Virus record (IMG/VR): IMGVR_UViG_3300021091_000014 | Coordinates: 1 to 64,000 of that record | Strand: one strand, 5' to 3' | DNA from: a virus | Length of the DNA stretch: 64,000 nucleotides | Program-made: the position numbers and the translations under genes | Notes under the pieces: model-generated | Databases searched by the model: none | Seen by the model: only the letters and a program-made list of their open reading frames with translations | Told to the model about the DNA's origin: nothing | Shown here: positions 1 to 9,341 of the stretch, one piece after another | How positions within the stretch are numbered: the first letter of the stretch is position 1 | How the letters are laid out: the number at the start of each line of letters is the position of its first letter

Positions 1-1
1 G

Positions 2-280
2 CTTAAAAATAAAGCACATCAACATAATATGGATGCAGCTCAAAGAGAGATAGATCGTAGAGATGCCGAGGGCGAGGATATGACAGGCGCTAAAATTCAC
101 CCAACCACATATGAAATAATTAAACCTCCTTTTGAAGGAGGTAAAAAAACACAAGGTACGGTTACTGATAAGTCTGGGGCTAAGCATACCGCTATGTCAC
201 GAGCAAAACATCTTGCTAAAATGGCAGCATCCAAAGAAAAGAAAGCTGTCAAAGGATTTAAAAAGTTTTCTGAAAAATAA
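2..280 (+). CDS. 3' part of a hypothetical (probably head-associated) protein; frame is open to the window edge
   Basis: Frame open from nt 2 through ATG 29 to stop 280; charged, K/E-rich. Confidence 0.6.
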   Translation, partial: LKNKAHQHNMDAAQREIDRRDAEGEDMTGAKIHPTTYEIIKPPFEGGKKTQGTVTDKSGAKHTAMSRAKHLAKMAASKEKKAVKGFKKFSEK

Positions 281-291
281 AAGAGGTTATT

Positions 292-642
292 ATGAAATTT
301 GAAAAGGAATTTATTCCTTCACATTTGTTTGTTCTTTATGGGCGCGATATTAATACTAAAAAAATATGTGAGTTTAGTTTTATGATATCAGCAAAAGGTC
401 CTAAAGATGAAGATGGAAATTATATTCCGGGAGTAACTAGGACGTATAGAGTAAAAATTCCTGCCGATTATGTTCCGTCAAGTAGCGTTGCTAAACTAAC
501 TAGAAAAAATGAAGAAATAAATAGAGAAGTTTTTGAAATATGGTTTAGAGATTTAGTTTCTGAGGAACAATTAAATCTTTATTATCAATCAATATATGAT
601 GAATTATATCCTACCGTAACATTTACAAGTGTTGTAATGTAG
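292..642 (+). CDS. hypothetical protein
   Basis: 116-aa ORF with GAGG SD. Confidence 0.7.
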   Translation: MKFEKEFIPSHLFVLYGRDINTKKICEFSFMISAKGPKDEDGNYIPGVTRTYRVKIPADYVPSSSVAKLTRKNEEINREVFEIWFRDLVSEEQLNLYYQSIYDELYPTVTFTSVVM

Positions 643-671
643 TTGATTTAATTTCCGTAAAATATCATAAT
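643..671 (+). promoter_or_regulatory. sigma70-type early promoter TTGATT-17-CATAAT
   Basis: Matches the AGTTGATT..N17..ATAAT pattern repeated in this window; followed by AAGGAGA SD. Confidence 0.75.
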
Positions 672-694
672 TACAATATGATAAGGAGATTAAT

Positions 695-1051
695 GTGAGC
701 AATATTCCTACTGATTCTAAAATTATTTACCGTCAAAAAAATAATCGAACAAGGTACCGGGAGTTTAATAAGGCCCCTAGAGTGTATGTTTCTCTTAGAG
801 AAGAGTCCTTGATCGATAACCTTTTTAATCGCCGCAATCGTCCTACGAAAGAATACAGAGCGGTTGCAAAGTCAGCACTTAAAGAGCAAGGCATTACAGT
901 TAAGAAAATGCGCTGGAGTCAGTATGCCGGCTGCACATGCCCATGCTCTCCAGGATTCATTCTTGATGATTATGATTTTGAAAAAGGTGTGATTAGTAGT
1001 TTTAACTTTGATGTGTTTGTTTCTATAGGAGCAGAAAATGGCAATTCGTAA
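695..1051 (+). CDS. early hypothetical protein (WSQYAGCTCPCSPGF motif)
   Basis: ORF after early promoter and SD; CxCxC motif. Confidence 0.75.
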   Translation: MSNIPTDSKIIYRQKNNRTRYREFNKAPRVYVSLREESLIDNLFNRRNRPTKEYRAVAKSALKEQGITVKKMRWSQYAGCTCPCSPGFILDDYDFEKGVISSFNFDVFVSIGAENGNS

Positions 1052-1265
1052 ATCTAGAAAGAATGAGAAGGTTGTAATTAACCTTAACGGCCCTCAAGGT
1101 AATGCCTTCTACTTGATGGGAATTGTGAGGTCGATGTATAGAAGGGCTGGTCATGCCGATTTAGGAGAGGACATTGTTAACCAAATGAGATCTGGTGACT
1201 ACGAACACCTCCTTAAGACGTTTGACTTATACCTTGGCGATAAATTTGACTTAGTGAGAGACTAA
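1038..1265 (+). CDS. small conserved-type phage protein (GPQGNAF...SGDYEHLL)
   Basis: ORF with GGAG SD; motif recognised from phage hypotheticals. Confidence 0.75.
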   Translation: MAIRKSRKNEKVVINLNGPQGNAFYLMGIVRSMYRRAGHADLGEDIVNQMRSGDYEHLLKTFDLYLGDKFDLVRD

Positions 1266-1790
1266 ATGGTTAACTTTACTATTACTGATAAACAGATTTC
1301 TAGTATTCATAATGCAATGTGCAGTCTGTATTGGCTTGATCGTACTGTATCGGAAATGTTTAAAGAAGATAGCGATATGGTTAAGAGAGCTAGCGAGGTG
1401 CGACGGTATCTTGAACCGGTGCGTGATGAATTGATGAAGATAAAAGACGACCACGAAAACGAAATTAACCGCATGGCCGATCTTTACAAAAAAGAGTTTG
1501 AATTTAAGTACACTCGATGGTCGATTTATGATATTGAATCCTTTCTTGATACCTCTAACGTTCCAGCTGGTGCTATTTTAGAGGCTCCGTGGGATTCAAA
1601 ACAGTCCGTAACGGTAGAAGGCCATGGCGGCAAAGCAAGATGGTTAGAATTGTGGCAGGCGGTAGAAATGTTGGCCGACAAGACCGAAGACGAAGACGGA
1701 AGAAAAGGGTTTGGTAATCATGTTTTTATTGAAAATTTTAGCCCGGTGAAAGGAAAAGAAAACACTTACGAAGTTTGGCTTGGGTCTTAA
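1266..1790 (+). CDS. hypothetical protein
   Basis: 174-aa ORF abutting its neighbours. Confidence 0.75.
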   Translation: MVNFTITDKQISSIHNAMCSLYWLDRTVSEMFKEDSDMVKRASEVRRYLEPVRDELMKIKDDHENEINRMADLYKKEFEFKYTRWSIYDIESFLDTSNVPAGAILEAPWDSKQSVTVEGHGGKARWLELWQAVEMLADKTEDEDGRKGFGNHVFIENFSPVKGKENTYEVWLGS

Positions 1791-1985
1791 ATGTCTGGTT
1801 CAGATGCTCTTTACGAAAGCTTGTTAAAAGGCTCTTTACTTTCCAATCTCGAAAAATGGATTCAGTACCTCGACTCATCAAAGCGTTTTGGTACTCCTAT
1901 TGACGAGGGCGGAGTTAAAGAACTTAAATTACTTTTAGAAAAATCACTAGATAAGATTAAGGAATATGAGCGCAATGATGATTGA
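1791..1985 (+). CDS. hypothetical protein
   Basis: 64-aa ORF, translationally coupled. Confidence 0.6.
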   Translation: MSGSDALYESLLKGSLLSNLEKWIQYLDSSKRFGTPIDEGGVKELKLLLEKSLDKIKEYERNDD

Positions 1986-2145
1986 CCCTCCTTCGGGATG
2001 GAAATATGGGTTTCCCTGTCTCTATAACGAATCAGCGGACGGGGACATGAGAGATTTTTTATTAAGTAAAGGCTATCCTGAAAGGGATGTTGACTTTGCT
2101 TTAGAGCATATGCGTATGTGGTTACCAGAAGGAGAAACTAAATGA
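1966..2145 (+). CDS. small phage protein (IDPPSGWKYGFP), not in ORF track
   Basis: 59-aa ORF read by hand; AAGGA SD; fills the gap. Confidence 0.7.
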   Translation: MSAMMIDPPSGWKYGFPCLYNESADGDMRDFLLSKGYPERDVDFALEHMRMWLPEGETK

Positions 2146-2360
2146 GCGTTGTTGTCGTAGATGTAGATAATCAATACATGGATGGCGAGCTTGATCATTC
2201 CTATCAAATTACTTTAGAGAACGACGGCACTTACTCCATTTATATCTCTTATGACGTCCTTACCGGGCGTTACTATGGTAAGAAGATTAAAACATTTGAA
2301 GAGGCATGGAGCAGTCTCAACGAATGTATGCGTGAAAAAGAGTATTTTGAAAATGCCTAA
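2142..2360 (+). CDS. hypothetical protein
   Basis: 72-aa ORF, AAGGAG SD. Confidence 0.7.
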   Translation: MSVVVVDVDNQYMDGELDHSYQITLENDGTYSIYISYDVLTGRYYGKKIKTFEEAWSSLNECMREKEYFENA

Positions 2361-2399
2361 ATAATTATAATTAATGTTTGTGTTGAAGAAAGGAAAATT

Positions 2400-2600
2400 A
2401 TGTCCAAAAGTAATAATGAATTAATTAAAGAGCTTTTTGAAGTTTATCAAAAAGAAAACGAGCGCTTTACAGTGAACAAAATTAAGTCAGCTGCCCCTAA
2501 GGCTCGTAAAGCACTTCAACTTCTCTCCAAAGCGTTAAAAGATCGAAGAGCCGAAATTATGGTTGAAAAAAAGGCTATGGATGAGCACAAGCAAAAGTGA
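2400..2600 (+). CDS. histone H1-like (Hc1-type) small DNA-binding protein
   Basis: ENERF...KSAAPKARKAL...RRAEI resembles the Hc1-like family pattern; late-type CCTAAATA at 2356-2363. Confidence 0.55.
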   Translation: MSKSNNELIKELFEVYQKENERFTVNKIKSAAPKARKALQLLSKALKDRRAEIMVEKKAMDEHKQK

Positions 2601-2751
2601 CGTTGTTCTTAACTTAACGGAGGAGGAAGAGCTTTTATTATTTCGAGAAGCTCACAAAAGAGATATTACTCTTAACCGTTTAGTTGAAATTATTCTTGAG
2701 GAACAAATAAATATTGTAGAAGAAAAAAAACAATTATCTTTATTTGATTAA
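2581..2751 (+). CDS. small ribbon-helix-helix-like protein
   Basis: VVLNL..EE...LFREAHKRDITLNRLVEIIL pattern. Confidence 0.5.
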   Translation: MSTSKSDVVLNLTEEEELLLFREAHKRDITLNRLVEIILEEQINIVEEKKQLSLFD

Positions 2752-2756
2752 TCTAG

Positions 2757-3398
2757 ATGCCAACATCACTAGAAACAGACGGAATAAAATTTCCAGATAA
2801 TACTACCCAGCGCGGTAAAGATTATTTCTATCATCCAGTATCAATAGGAACAAGCTACGGGGGAGGATATTATGTTGGTTCTTTGTGGGAGACAGGATAT
2901 CCCTATTGGTTAATTGTAGCTCCTAGTTCAGCTACCTCAAGCACCGTTAGATTCAATACATACGCTACTACTTCATCTTCTAATTTCGGCTGGAATTCCC
3001 CCCTTACCTGGAGTGATGCTAATAGTTTAATAGATGGATATTCTAACACTGAGGCACTTGCAAATAGACATGGCGCAACAAATGATTTTAATTACGTTAT
3101 TGATTATCAAGCAGCTATGTACTGCTGGAATCTCTCTCTCAATGGGTATACTGATTGGTACCTTCCTTCGAAAAAAGAGATAGAACTTTTATATTCTGCA
3201 AGAAGCTTTCTTCCTTCAGCTGAAATACCAGAAAACCTCTCAACTTTTGTATATTATTGGACATCCAACCCTTACTGGGCTTCTACAAGCGAACTAGCAT
3301 GGTTATATTTCTTAGCGGGAAACTACTGGTATGTAGATCCATTTAATAATAATTTTGCTCACTATGTTAGACCCTTTAGAAGGGTATTAATAAGTTAA
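2757..3398 (+). CDS. DUF1566 (Lcl / C-type lectin-like) protein, paralog 1
   Basis: IGTSYGGGYYVG, DGYSNT, DWYLPS, YWTS, VRPFRR motifs. Confidence 0.75.
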   Translation: MPTSLETDGIKFPDNTTQRGKDYFYHPVSIGTSYGGGYYVGSLWETGYPYWLIVAPSSATSSTVRFNTYATTSSSNFGWNSPLTWSDANSLIDGYSNTEALANRHGATNDFNYVIDYQAAMYCWNLSLNGYTDWYLPSKKEIELLYSARSFLPSAEIPENLSTFVYYWTSNPYWASTSELAWLYFLAGNYWYVDPFNNNFAHYVRPFRRVLIS

Positions 3399-4015
3399 TG
3401 GCTACTTCTTTAGAAAATGCAGGACTAGCTTACCCGGATGCATCTGTTCAAACAACGGCAGGGTTTGCCCATCCAGTGTCTATAGGAAGTTCTTTCGAAG
3501 GAGGATTTTATGTCGGATCATATTATCATTTAGGGTACCCATATTACTTAGTTGTTTCTCCTCTTTCTGTTCAGACACAAGCAAAATTTAGATCTGTAAG
3601 TTCCCCCGGGGTTCCAGGAGGAGCAAATCTCAGCCCCATTGACGGATATAAAAACACTTACACCTATTGGACGAGTGATGCTAATAGCCCGGCCGCTCAA
3701 TACTGTGCTGATTTAGTACATGGTGGTTATAGTGATTGGTATTTACCATCTACTATGGAACTTCTTCTTGCAGTTTATAATAAAGTAGCTTTAGGGGATT
3801 TTCAAAAATTATTTGGAACTAAATTTTTTCAAGGAACATCTACACCCTTTTTTGGGTGGCAATATTATTGCACATCTAGTTCTGCGAGAATTAATGCTCC
3901 CTCTATAATCTATTCCCCTGATGGTTTTATAAGCTACTCTTCGATTTTCGGATCTGATTCTTATTTTACAACAACTTTTTATTATGTGAGACCATTTAGA
4001 AGGGTTGCAATCTAG
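3398..4015 (+). CDS. DUF1566 protein, paralog 2
   Basis: FEGGFYVG, DGYKNT, DWYLPS, VRPFRR. Confidence 0.75.
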   Translation: MATSLENAGLAYPDASVQTTAGFAHPVSIGSSFEGGFYVGSYYHLGYPYYLVVSPLSVQTQAKFRSVSSPGVPGGANLSPIDGYKNTYTYWTSDANSPAAQYCADLVHGGYSDWYLPSTMELLLAVYNKVALGDFQKLFGTKFFQGTSTPFFGWQYYCTSSSARINAPSIIYSPDGFISYSSIFGSDSYFTTTFYYVRPFRRVAI

Positions 4016-4617
4016 TGCCAGCTATAACTCTATCATCTACAGGTCTACAATTTTCTTCTGGTTTAACTCAAACTACTAAACCAGTATATCTTCCCCCTTC
4101 TTCTGTCGGGACAAGTTATGGGGGAGGATATTATGTTGGAAGCTTATTTACTCTTGGTTTTGCTCGTCATTTAATAGTAGCAAGTTCTTCTGTTGAAACA
4201 ACTTCCACGTGGGGAGAAATGAGTACTGAAATTATTTTAAGAACAGGAATGGATGGCTATAATAATACTGAAAATTTAGTTAATGATGCAAGCCAAAATA
4301 ATAGAACATATGGAGCAGCTTCCTATTGCTGGAATCTTACTCATAATGGTTTCAGTGATTGGTATTTACCATCTATACATGAATTAATTTTACTTCATGC
4401 TGCTGCGTCTTTACTTCCAAATGGGCAGGAATTAACCGGTTCTTATTATTGGTCTTCTAATTATGGAGGCCCTGCTGGATCAACTTCGACCAATGCTCAC
4501 GCAATTAGATTATCAAGCAATCCTGACGCGGCGACTATAACAGGTATGCCTCAACAAGTTTTTTTAACGAGAAACTCCTCTGCTTCAGTAAGACCATTTA
4601 GAAATGTATCGATTTAA
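4015..4617 (+). CDS. DUF1566 protein, paralog 3
   Basis: YGGGYYVG, DGYNNT, DWYLPS, YWSS, VRPFR. Confidence 0.75.
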   Translation: MPAITLSSTGLQFSSGLTQTTKPVYLPPSSVGTSYGGGYYVGSLFTLGFARHLIVASSSVETTSTWGEMSTEIILRTGMDGYNNTENLVNDASQNNRTYGAASYCWNLTHNGFSDWYLPSIHELILLHAAASLLPNGQELTGSYYWSSNYGGPAGSTSTNAHAIRLSSNPDAATITGMPQQVFLTRNSSASVRPFRNVSI

Positions 4618-4627
4618 GGAAAAAAAA

Positions 4628-5101
4628 ATGAAATATGCAAAAGTAAGATTTATAGATTCTATTACAAAAATTCCGTCAAATGAAGCTCCCTGCAGGAATG
4701 GACCCATGCTTCCAGAATTGAATGGAATAAAAGTTCTTTTTGCAAATAAAGGTGACTGGCCTATTACTAGCGATGGACAGGACTATTATTTCGTAAGTTG
4801 TAATGATGATGCGGACCTATCTGCAAATGGAGTAATAGCGGTTTTGACTGAGCAGGAATTAAGCAATAGTAAAGTAGAAGAAGCGAATAAGTTAAGACCT
4901 AAAATGTTATTACAACTTAATGAAATTAAACAAAATGCAATTAATACCAAACAGCTTTATCTTGAGGATTTAACTCCTAAGCAGATAGCAAAATGGGATG
5001 CATATATTGCAGCAATTGATGCGGCTTCAGAGCACGAATTATTTCCCTGGGAAATTATCCTGGCCTCTCCCCGTCCAATGATAGACCCATCACTTATCTA
5101 A
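4628..5101 (+). CDS. putative tail-fibre assembly (Tfa-like) protein
   Basis: C-terminal KWDAYIAAIDA...FPW...P resembles Tfa chaperone ends; follows fibre-like genes. Confidence 0.45.
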   Translation: MKYAKVRFIDSITKIPSNEAPCRNGPMLPELNGIKVLFANKGDWPITSDGQDYYFVSCNDDADLSANGVIAVLTEQELSNSKVEEANKLRPKMLLQLNEIKQNAINTKQLYLEDLTPKQIAKWDAYIAAIDAASEHELFPWEIILASPRPMIDPSLI

Positions 5102-5163
5102 ATAAGAATCATTCTTAACTAGACCCACAGCTAGCTGTGGATAAAGACCACGGCTCCTCGTGG
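5101..5163. repeat. regulatory cassette copy 1: AATAAGAATCATTCTTAAC palindrome + CCACAGCTAGCTGTGG + CCACGGCTCCTCGTGG
   Basis: Same elements recur at 11062-11157 and, partly, 17245-17285. Confidence 0.85.
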
Positions 5164-5221
5164 ATACCTGAGCATTTTAGTAAGATACTTGTAACTTATT
5201 GATTTTAAAGGGGAAATTTAG

Positions 5222-5250
5222 TTGACATTTTTTCCCCCCTGTTGTACAAT
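5222..5250 (+). promoter_or_regulatory. early promoter TTGACA-17-TACAAT
   Basis: Near-consensus sigma70 promoter; IHF-like site TAACTTATTGATT at 5192-5204. Confidence 0.85.
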
Positions 5251-5278
5251 AAGAATTATGATGAATAAGGAGATTGCA

Positions 5279-6184
5279 ATGCAGAAGTCACTCGAGTGCG
5301 TTAACGGTAAATGGATTGGTAAGTTCAATGGTAAGGTTGTTGTTAAGACTTCCTCTAAGTACTACGCCGAGCGCAAGATGGCTGAGTACTACGAAGCTGA
5401 GGCGAAGGTTGCCGAAGTTAACAACAAGCTTAACGATGAGTTCCCTATCGACCAACGCTTTGACTTTGTAACCGATATCGTTAAGATGGTTGCCAGTCGC
5501 AAGACTCCCTCTGCTATCATTACCGGTGACGGAGGTCTAGGTAAGACCTACTCCGTAGTGAAAGCTCTCAAAGAGTCCGGGCTCCAGGACATGACTGAGT
5601 TTTTGTCCGAGTCTGACATCGGTGCTATCACGATGACCGATAAGATGTTTACGGTTATCAAAGGCTATTCTACCGCTAAGGCTCTCTATCGAGTGCTTTA
5701 TGAAAATCGTAACTCGGTAGTTGTGTTTGATGACTGTGATTCCGTTCTCAAAGATCCTGATGCATTAAACCTCCTCAAGGGTGCTCTTGACTCGTTTGAT
5801 AAACGATTCATCACCTGGAATGCTGAGATGCGTGATGATCAATTACCCCGGCTGTTCCAGTTCAAGGGTGGCATTATCTTTATCTCTAACATGTCACCTG
5901 AGCGCCTGGATCAAGCCCTGCGTACTCGTTCGATGTGTATGGATGTGTCAATGACTCTGGAGCAAAAAATCCAGCGTATGCGTACCATTATGCAGATGGA
6001 TGAGTTTCTCCCGCTAGTGCCTTATGAGTTCAAAGTAGATGCTCTAGCTGTGATCGATGAGTTTAAGGGTCAAGCAAAGGAAGTATCTCTTCGTTCGCTT
6101 ATCTCTACCGCCAAGATCCGTGCTAACGATAACGGGTCGGGTAATTGGAGAAAGCTTGCTAAGTACATGTTAATTGCAGCTTAG
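5279..6184 (+). CDS. AAA/P-loop ATPase
   Basis: Walker A GDGGLGKT, Walker B VVVFDDCD, sensor IFISN, arginine finger ALRTRS; start refined to ATG after AAGGAG. Confidence 0.85.
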   Translation: MQKSLECVNGKWIGKFNGKVVVKTSSKYYAERKMAEYYEAEAKVAEVNNKLNDEFPIDQRFDFVTDIVKMVASRKTPSAIITGDGGLGKTYSVVKALKESGLQDMTEFLSESDIGAITMTDKMFTVIKGYSTAKALYRVLYENRNSVVVFDDCDSVLKDPDALNLLKGALDSFDKRFITWNAEMRDDQLPRLFQFKGGIIFISNMSPERLDQALRTRSMCMDVSMTLEQKIQRMRTIMQMDEFLPLVPYEFKVDALAVIDEFKGQAKEVSLRSLISTAKIRANDNGSGNWRKLAKYMLIAA

Positions 6185-6200
6185 TAAGAAAGAGTTACAT

Positions 6201-6773
6201 ATGAGCTTTGATGTTACATGTATTATAATTGATAACTTTTATGCATACCCTGATAAGGTAAGAGAGTTTGCCTTAGAACAAAAGTTTGACGTTGAGGGTA
6301 ATTACCCCGGGCTTAGAACTAAGCCCTTCTTTACCGATCAAATAAAAGAATCAATAGAGCACGTTATGTCCTTTGCCGGCAAAATTACAAACACGTTTGG
6401 ATCAAGTGAAGATTCTGGCTACTGCGGGGCATTTCAAATAACCACAGCTAAAGATAGAACTTGGATTCATAGTGATCCGTTCAATATGTGGGCAGGAGTT
6501 TGTTACCTATCTCCTGATCCTCCTCTCTCAGGAGGAACCGGGCTGTTTAGATATAAAGAGACTGGTGAGAGTATTGATATCAATAAAGAGAATAAGTATA
6601 GCGGTCTTGATATAACAAAGTGGGAGATGGTAGATAGGATTGGTAACAAGTATAACCGTTTGGTAATTTACCGAGGCGATCTTTTTCATGCCAGTCTTGA
6701 TTACTTTGGAGACAATATTAATAACGGAAGACTCTTTCAAACGTTTTTCTTTGATACAGAAAAGCGAGTATGA
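6201..6773 (+). CDS. 2OG-Fe(II) oxygenase-like (DUF6445-like)
   Basis: IIDNFY..P..VR, YPGLRT, WIHSD, FHAS, RLFQTFF. Confidence 0.75.
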   Translation: MSFDVTCIIIDNFYAYPDKVREFALEQKFDVEGNYPGLRTKPFFTDQIKESIEHVMSFAGKITNTFGSSEDSGYCGAFQITTAKDRTWIHSDPFNMWAGVCYLSPDPPLSGGTGLFRYKETGESIDINKENKYSGLDITKWEMVDRIGNKYNRLVIYRGDLFHASLDYFGDNINNGRLFQTFFFDTEKRV

Positions 6774-7531
6774 CGTATAAAGTATGCCAGGCGATATTTT
6801 CAACTAATAGAATTGAATACCTCACTAAAACGCTCAATAGTCAAATCTTACTTGACTCCTCAGGATGTGAAGTAACAAAGATATTTTTTGATGATTATCC
6901 TACCGATCGAAATGATTTTCAAATAGAAAAGCTCGTAAGAAAATATGGTTACGAGCATGTTGTGCTGCATAAACGCAACGTCGGTATTACTAAAACCTGG
7001 CAGGAACTTTTTGACTTTGTGAAGAGATATGATTTTGATTACATATGGCATCAAGAAGATGATGTGCAATTACTTTACCGGGTACGCTTTATTGACCTCA
7101 TCGCCATACTCAAAGAAAATCCTAATATAAGTCAGGTTCAATTGAGAAGAGACAACTGGTATGAGTTTGAAACTGAACCTATTGGGCCAAGTGAGCACGA
7201 TCAAATTTGGAATCAGTATAGAATAGAAAGAAATAACCCTTACTTCTGGATGATGGCAAGCCTTTACCCGGCATGGATTGCTAAAGAGTTTGATAGATCC
7301 AAACACGAAGGTTATCCAAGTGAAGCTTCTATCGCCAATTTTATGTTTAAAAAGAATAATTCTTCTGTAGGGCTTCTGAAAACATTGGAGGGAGAGATAA
7401 TGATCAATCACTTTGGAGAATATTCAAGAGGTATAAGATCGGCCAAAGGAGACTTGGGGTGGGAGAAATTTAAAGATTATGACCCTTCCCTTAACTATTA
7501 CTCCCGTTCCGGTAAAATATTTAATCAATAA
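6770..7531 (+). CDS. glycosyltransferase (GT-A fold, GT2-like)
   Basis: NRIEYL..TL, FFDD, YIWHQEDD, HFG motifs. Confidence 0.75.
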   Translation: MTYKVCQAIFSTNRIEYLTKTLNSQILLDSSGCEVTKIFFDDYPTDRNDFQIEKLVRKYGYEHVVLHKRNVGITKTWQELFDFVKRYDFDYIWHQEDDVQLLYRVRFIDLIAILKENPNISQVQLRRDNWYEFETEPIGPSEHDQIWNQYRIERNNPYFWMMASLYPAWIAKEFDRSKHEGYPSEASIANFMFKKNNSSVGLLKTLEGEIMINHFGEYSRGIRSAKGDLGWEKFKDYDPSLNYYSRSGKIFNQ

Positions 7532-7675
7532 TAACTATGTCCTGGGTATTGATTTTCTACACTGTAACTGGTAAAATTGATGTACATGAATTCAAGCATG
7601 TCCGAGATTGTAATTACGTAATGATGATATATTATCATTCCCCCTATAAATTTAACTTTAGATGTGAGTATAGAC

Positions 7676-8020
7676 ATGGAAAAGAACAATGAAAGTATCA
7701 AGCATGATAATGACGATCTTAGCAGCGATAGGGATGCTATTTGTGCTAATACCGGGTATAGGTATTCTACTTGGCCTTTTGATGCAGATGATAAAGGGTT
7801 TGATGGGATGAAAGTATCCGGCAATGACGTGACATTGGATTGGGAGACTTCCGATCGCATTACAGTGTGCACACTTAAACACCACCTTGAAATGATTTAC
7901 GAAAAAGAGACAAACCATAAAGTGTTTGCCGAGTGGTATCATGAAGATGATAAAGAGTATGATCGTAAATTAAAGAAAGCTCTCAAACGGGTATTAAGGT
8001 ACTTTGGTGAGGAAGAATAA
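7676..8020 (+). CDS. hypothetical protein
   Basis: ORF coupled to the next gene. Confidence 0.65.
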   Translation: MEKNNESIKHDNDDLSSDRDAICANTGYRYSTWPFDADDKGFDGMKVSGNDVTLDWETSDRITVCTLKHHLEMIYEKETNHKVFAEWYHEDDKEYDRKLKKALKRVLRYFGEEE

Positions 8021-8364
8021 TGCAAAAAATAGTCATCAATACAGACTACGGCGGCTTTGGCCTTTCTGAAAAGGCAACTGAACTTTTATTTAAATTAAAA
8101 AAATGGAAGTTTATTAAACACAACACCTCCTCTGACTTTACCCTATACTACAAAGACTGCATCGGAGAAGACAATCTTTTTGAAGAGCGAGACTTAAAGC
8201 GTGATGATCCCGAACTTATTGAGGTGGTAAAGACTCTCAAAAAAAAAGCCAATGGACAATATGCCAACCTTAAAATCGTATCTGTTCCGGATGATGTAAA
8301 GTGGTTCATTCAGGAACATGATGGATGTGAGTGGGTGGCGGAAGAACATAGAGTGTGGGAATGA
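8020..8364 (+). CDS. conserved phage protein (VINxxYGGFGLS...RDDP.L...EHDG.E)
   Basis: Recognisable widespread phage hypothetical motif. Confidence 0.8.
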   Translation: MQKIVINTDYGGFGLSEKATELLFKLKKWKFIKHNTSSDFTLYYKDCIGEDNLFEERDLKRDDPELIEVVKTLKKKANGQYANLKIVSVPDDVKWFIQEHDGCEWVAEEHRVWE

Positions 8365-8606
8365 AAGCATGGCGTGAGACGGAATTTTTTTCCTTTTATT
8401 TCTACAATGAAAAGGATGGAAAGATCATAGGGTGTGTCCATAGACTTGGGACTCAGAACGTCATATATACTGCTAAAATATACAATGACATTCATGAACG
8501 AGTCCTTGGTCTGTACATCGATGCCTCTCATGCCAGGAAAGCAGTAGAGAGTTTTTGGATGATGGAAGAAAACACACTCACCTACGAAAATAACACAATC
8601 CCATGA
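8361..8606 (+). CDS. hypothetical protein
   Basis: ORF overlapping the previous stop (ATGA). Confidence 0.65.
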   Translation: MKAWRETEFFSFYFYNEKDGKIIGCVHRLGTQNVIYTAKIYNDIHERVLGLYIDASHARKAVESFWMMEENTLTYENNTIP

Positions 8607-8785
8607 GTAATGTGGTCCAATTTCCAACCTATCAGTATGTGGCCGTGTGCCCGATGTGTGGGGGAAGTAATTGGATTATATTGATGTCAAAGGCCCAACC
8701 CCCTAATCAAAAAATAGTGGAGATAGAGTGTTGTAATTGTTCAGCCATTATGATATTAGATGAGATAGAGGTTGAAAAGAAGTAA
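8603..8785 (+). CDS. small zinc-ribbon protein
   Basis: CPMC...CCNC. Confidence 0.6.
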   Translation: MSNVVQFPTYQYVAVCPMCGGSNWIILMSKAQPPNQKIVEIECCNCSAIMILDEIEVEKK

Positions 8786-8788
8786 ACA

Positions 8789-8944
8789 ATGAACGAAGAA
8801 GACTTAGTATACCGTTTACGCAAACGAGCAGAGATTAGGAGACAGATTCCAACCCGCAAGTCTGTAAAGGAAGGAAAGCCAGACCGTATTGCCGATCTTT
8901 TGGAAGAGGCCGCTGATGAAATAGAAAGGTTGAGAAATAAATAG
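8789..8944 (+). CDS. small phage protein (LRKRAEIRRQI..RKSV.EG.PDRIADLLEEAA), not in ORF track
   Basis: 51-aa ORF read by hand; recognisable phage motif. Confidence 0.7.
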   Translation: MNEEDLVYRLRKRAEIRRQIPTRKSVKEGKPDRIADLLEEAADEIERLRNK

Positions 8945-9022
8945 AAGAGAGAAGAATCGTGGCGATAACTAACTCTATGGCCGAAGGCCATCCCCATGCC
9001 CACGACCTAAGGAAATAACAAA

Positions 9023-9340
9023 ATGAAACACGTAATAATGCTATTTTTACTTCTTCTACCATTAAAATCGTATGGGCAGTGGGAGGGGGCAATGTTGTCC
9101 ATGACGTGTGGTCCTTTACAGGATATTTTGAATATTGTGATGGGAAAGAACTTCAATGAATATCCTTATTGGACAGGTATCAATAAACAGGATGGAGTGA
9201 ATGTGGTGATGTTTGTAAATGAAAAGACACAGAGTTGGACACTAGTACATATAGAGGAGAGGTCAAAATTGTCGTGTGTGATAGGGGTAGGTAGGGGGTA
9301 TTGGGTAAAGGAAGATAAGAATAAGAATAATTCTTATTAA
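9023..9340 (+). CDS. exported protein with signal peptide
   Basis: Hydrophobic N-terminus; N..T.SWTLV...C motif; AAGGA SD. Confidence 0.7.
   Translation: MKHVIMLFLLLLPLKSYGQWEGAMLSMTCGPLQDILNIVMGKNFNEYPYWTGINKQDGVNVVMFVNEKTQSWTLVHIEERSKLSCVIGVGRGYWVKEDKNKNNSY
9320..9338. promoter_or_regulatory. 9-1-9 palindrome AATAAGAATAATTCTTATT (Fur-box-like)
   Basis: Perfect inverted repeat; same motif at 5101, 9799, 11062, 17245. Confidence 0.7.
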
Positions 9341-9341
9341 A

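Noticed and set aside
2757-4617. Diversity-generating retroelement acting on the DUF1566 genes
   Set aside because: No reverse transcriptase and no template/variable repeat pair differing at adenines seen in the window.
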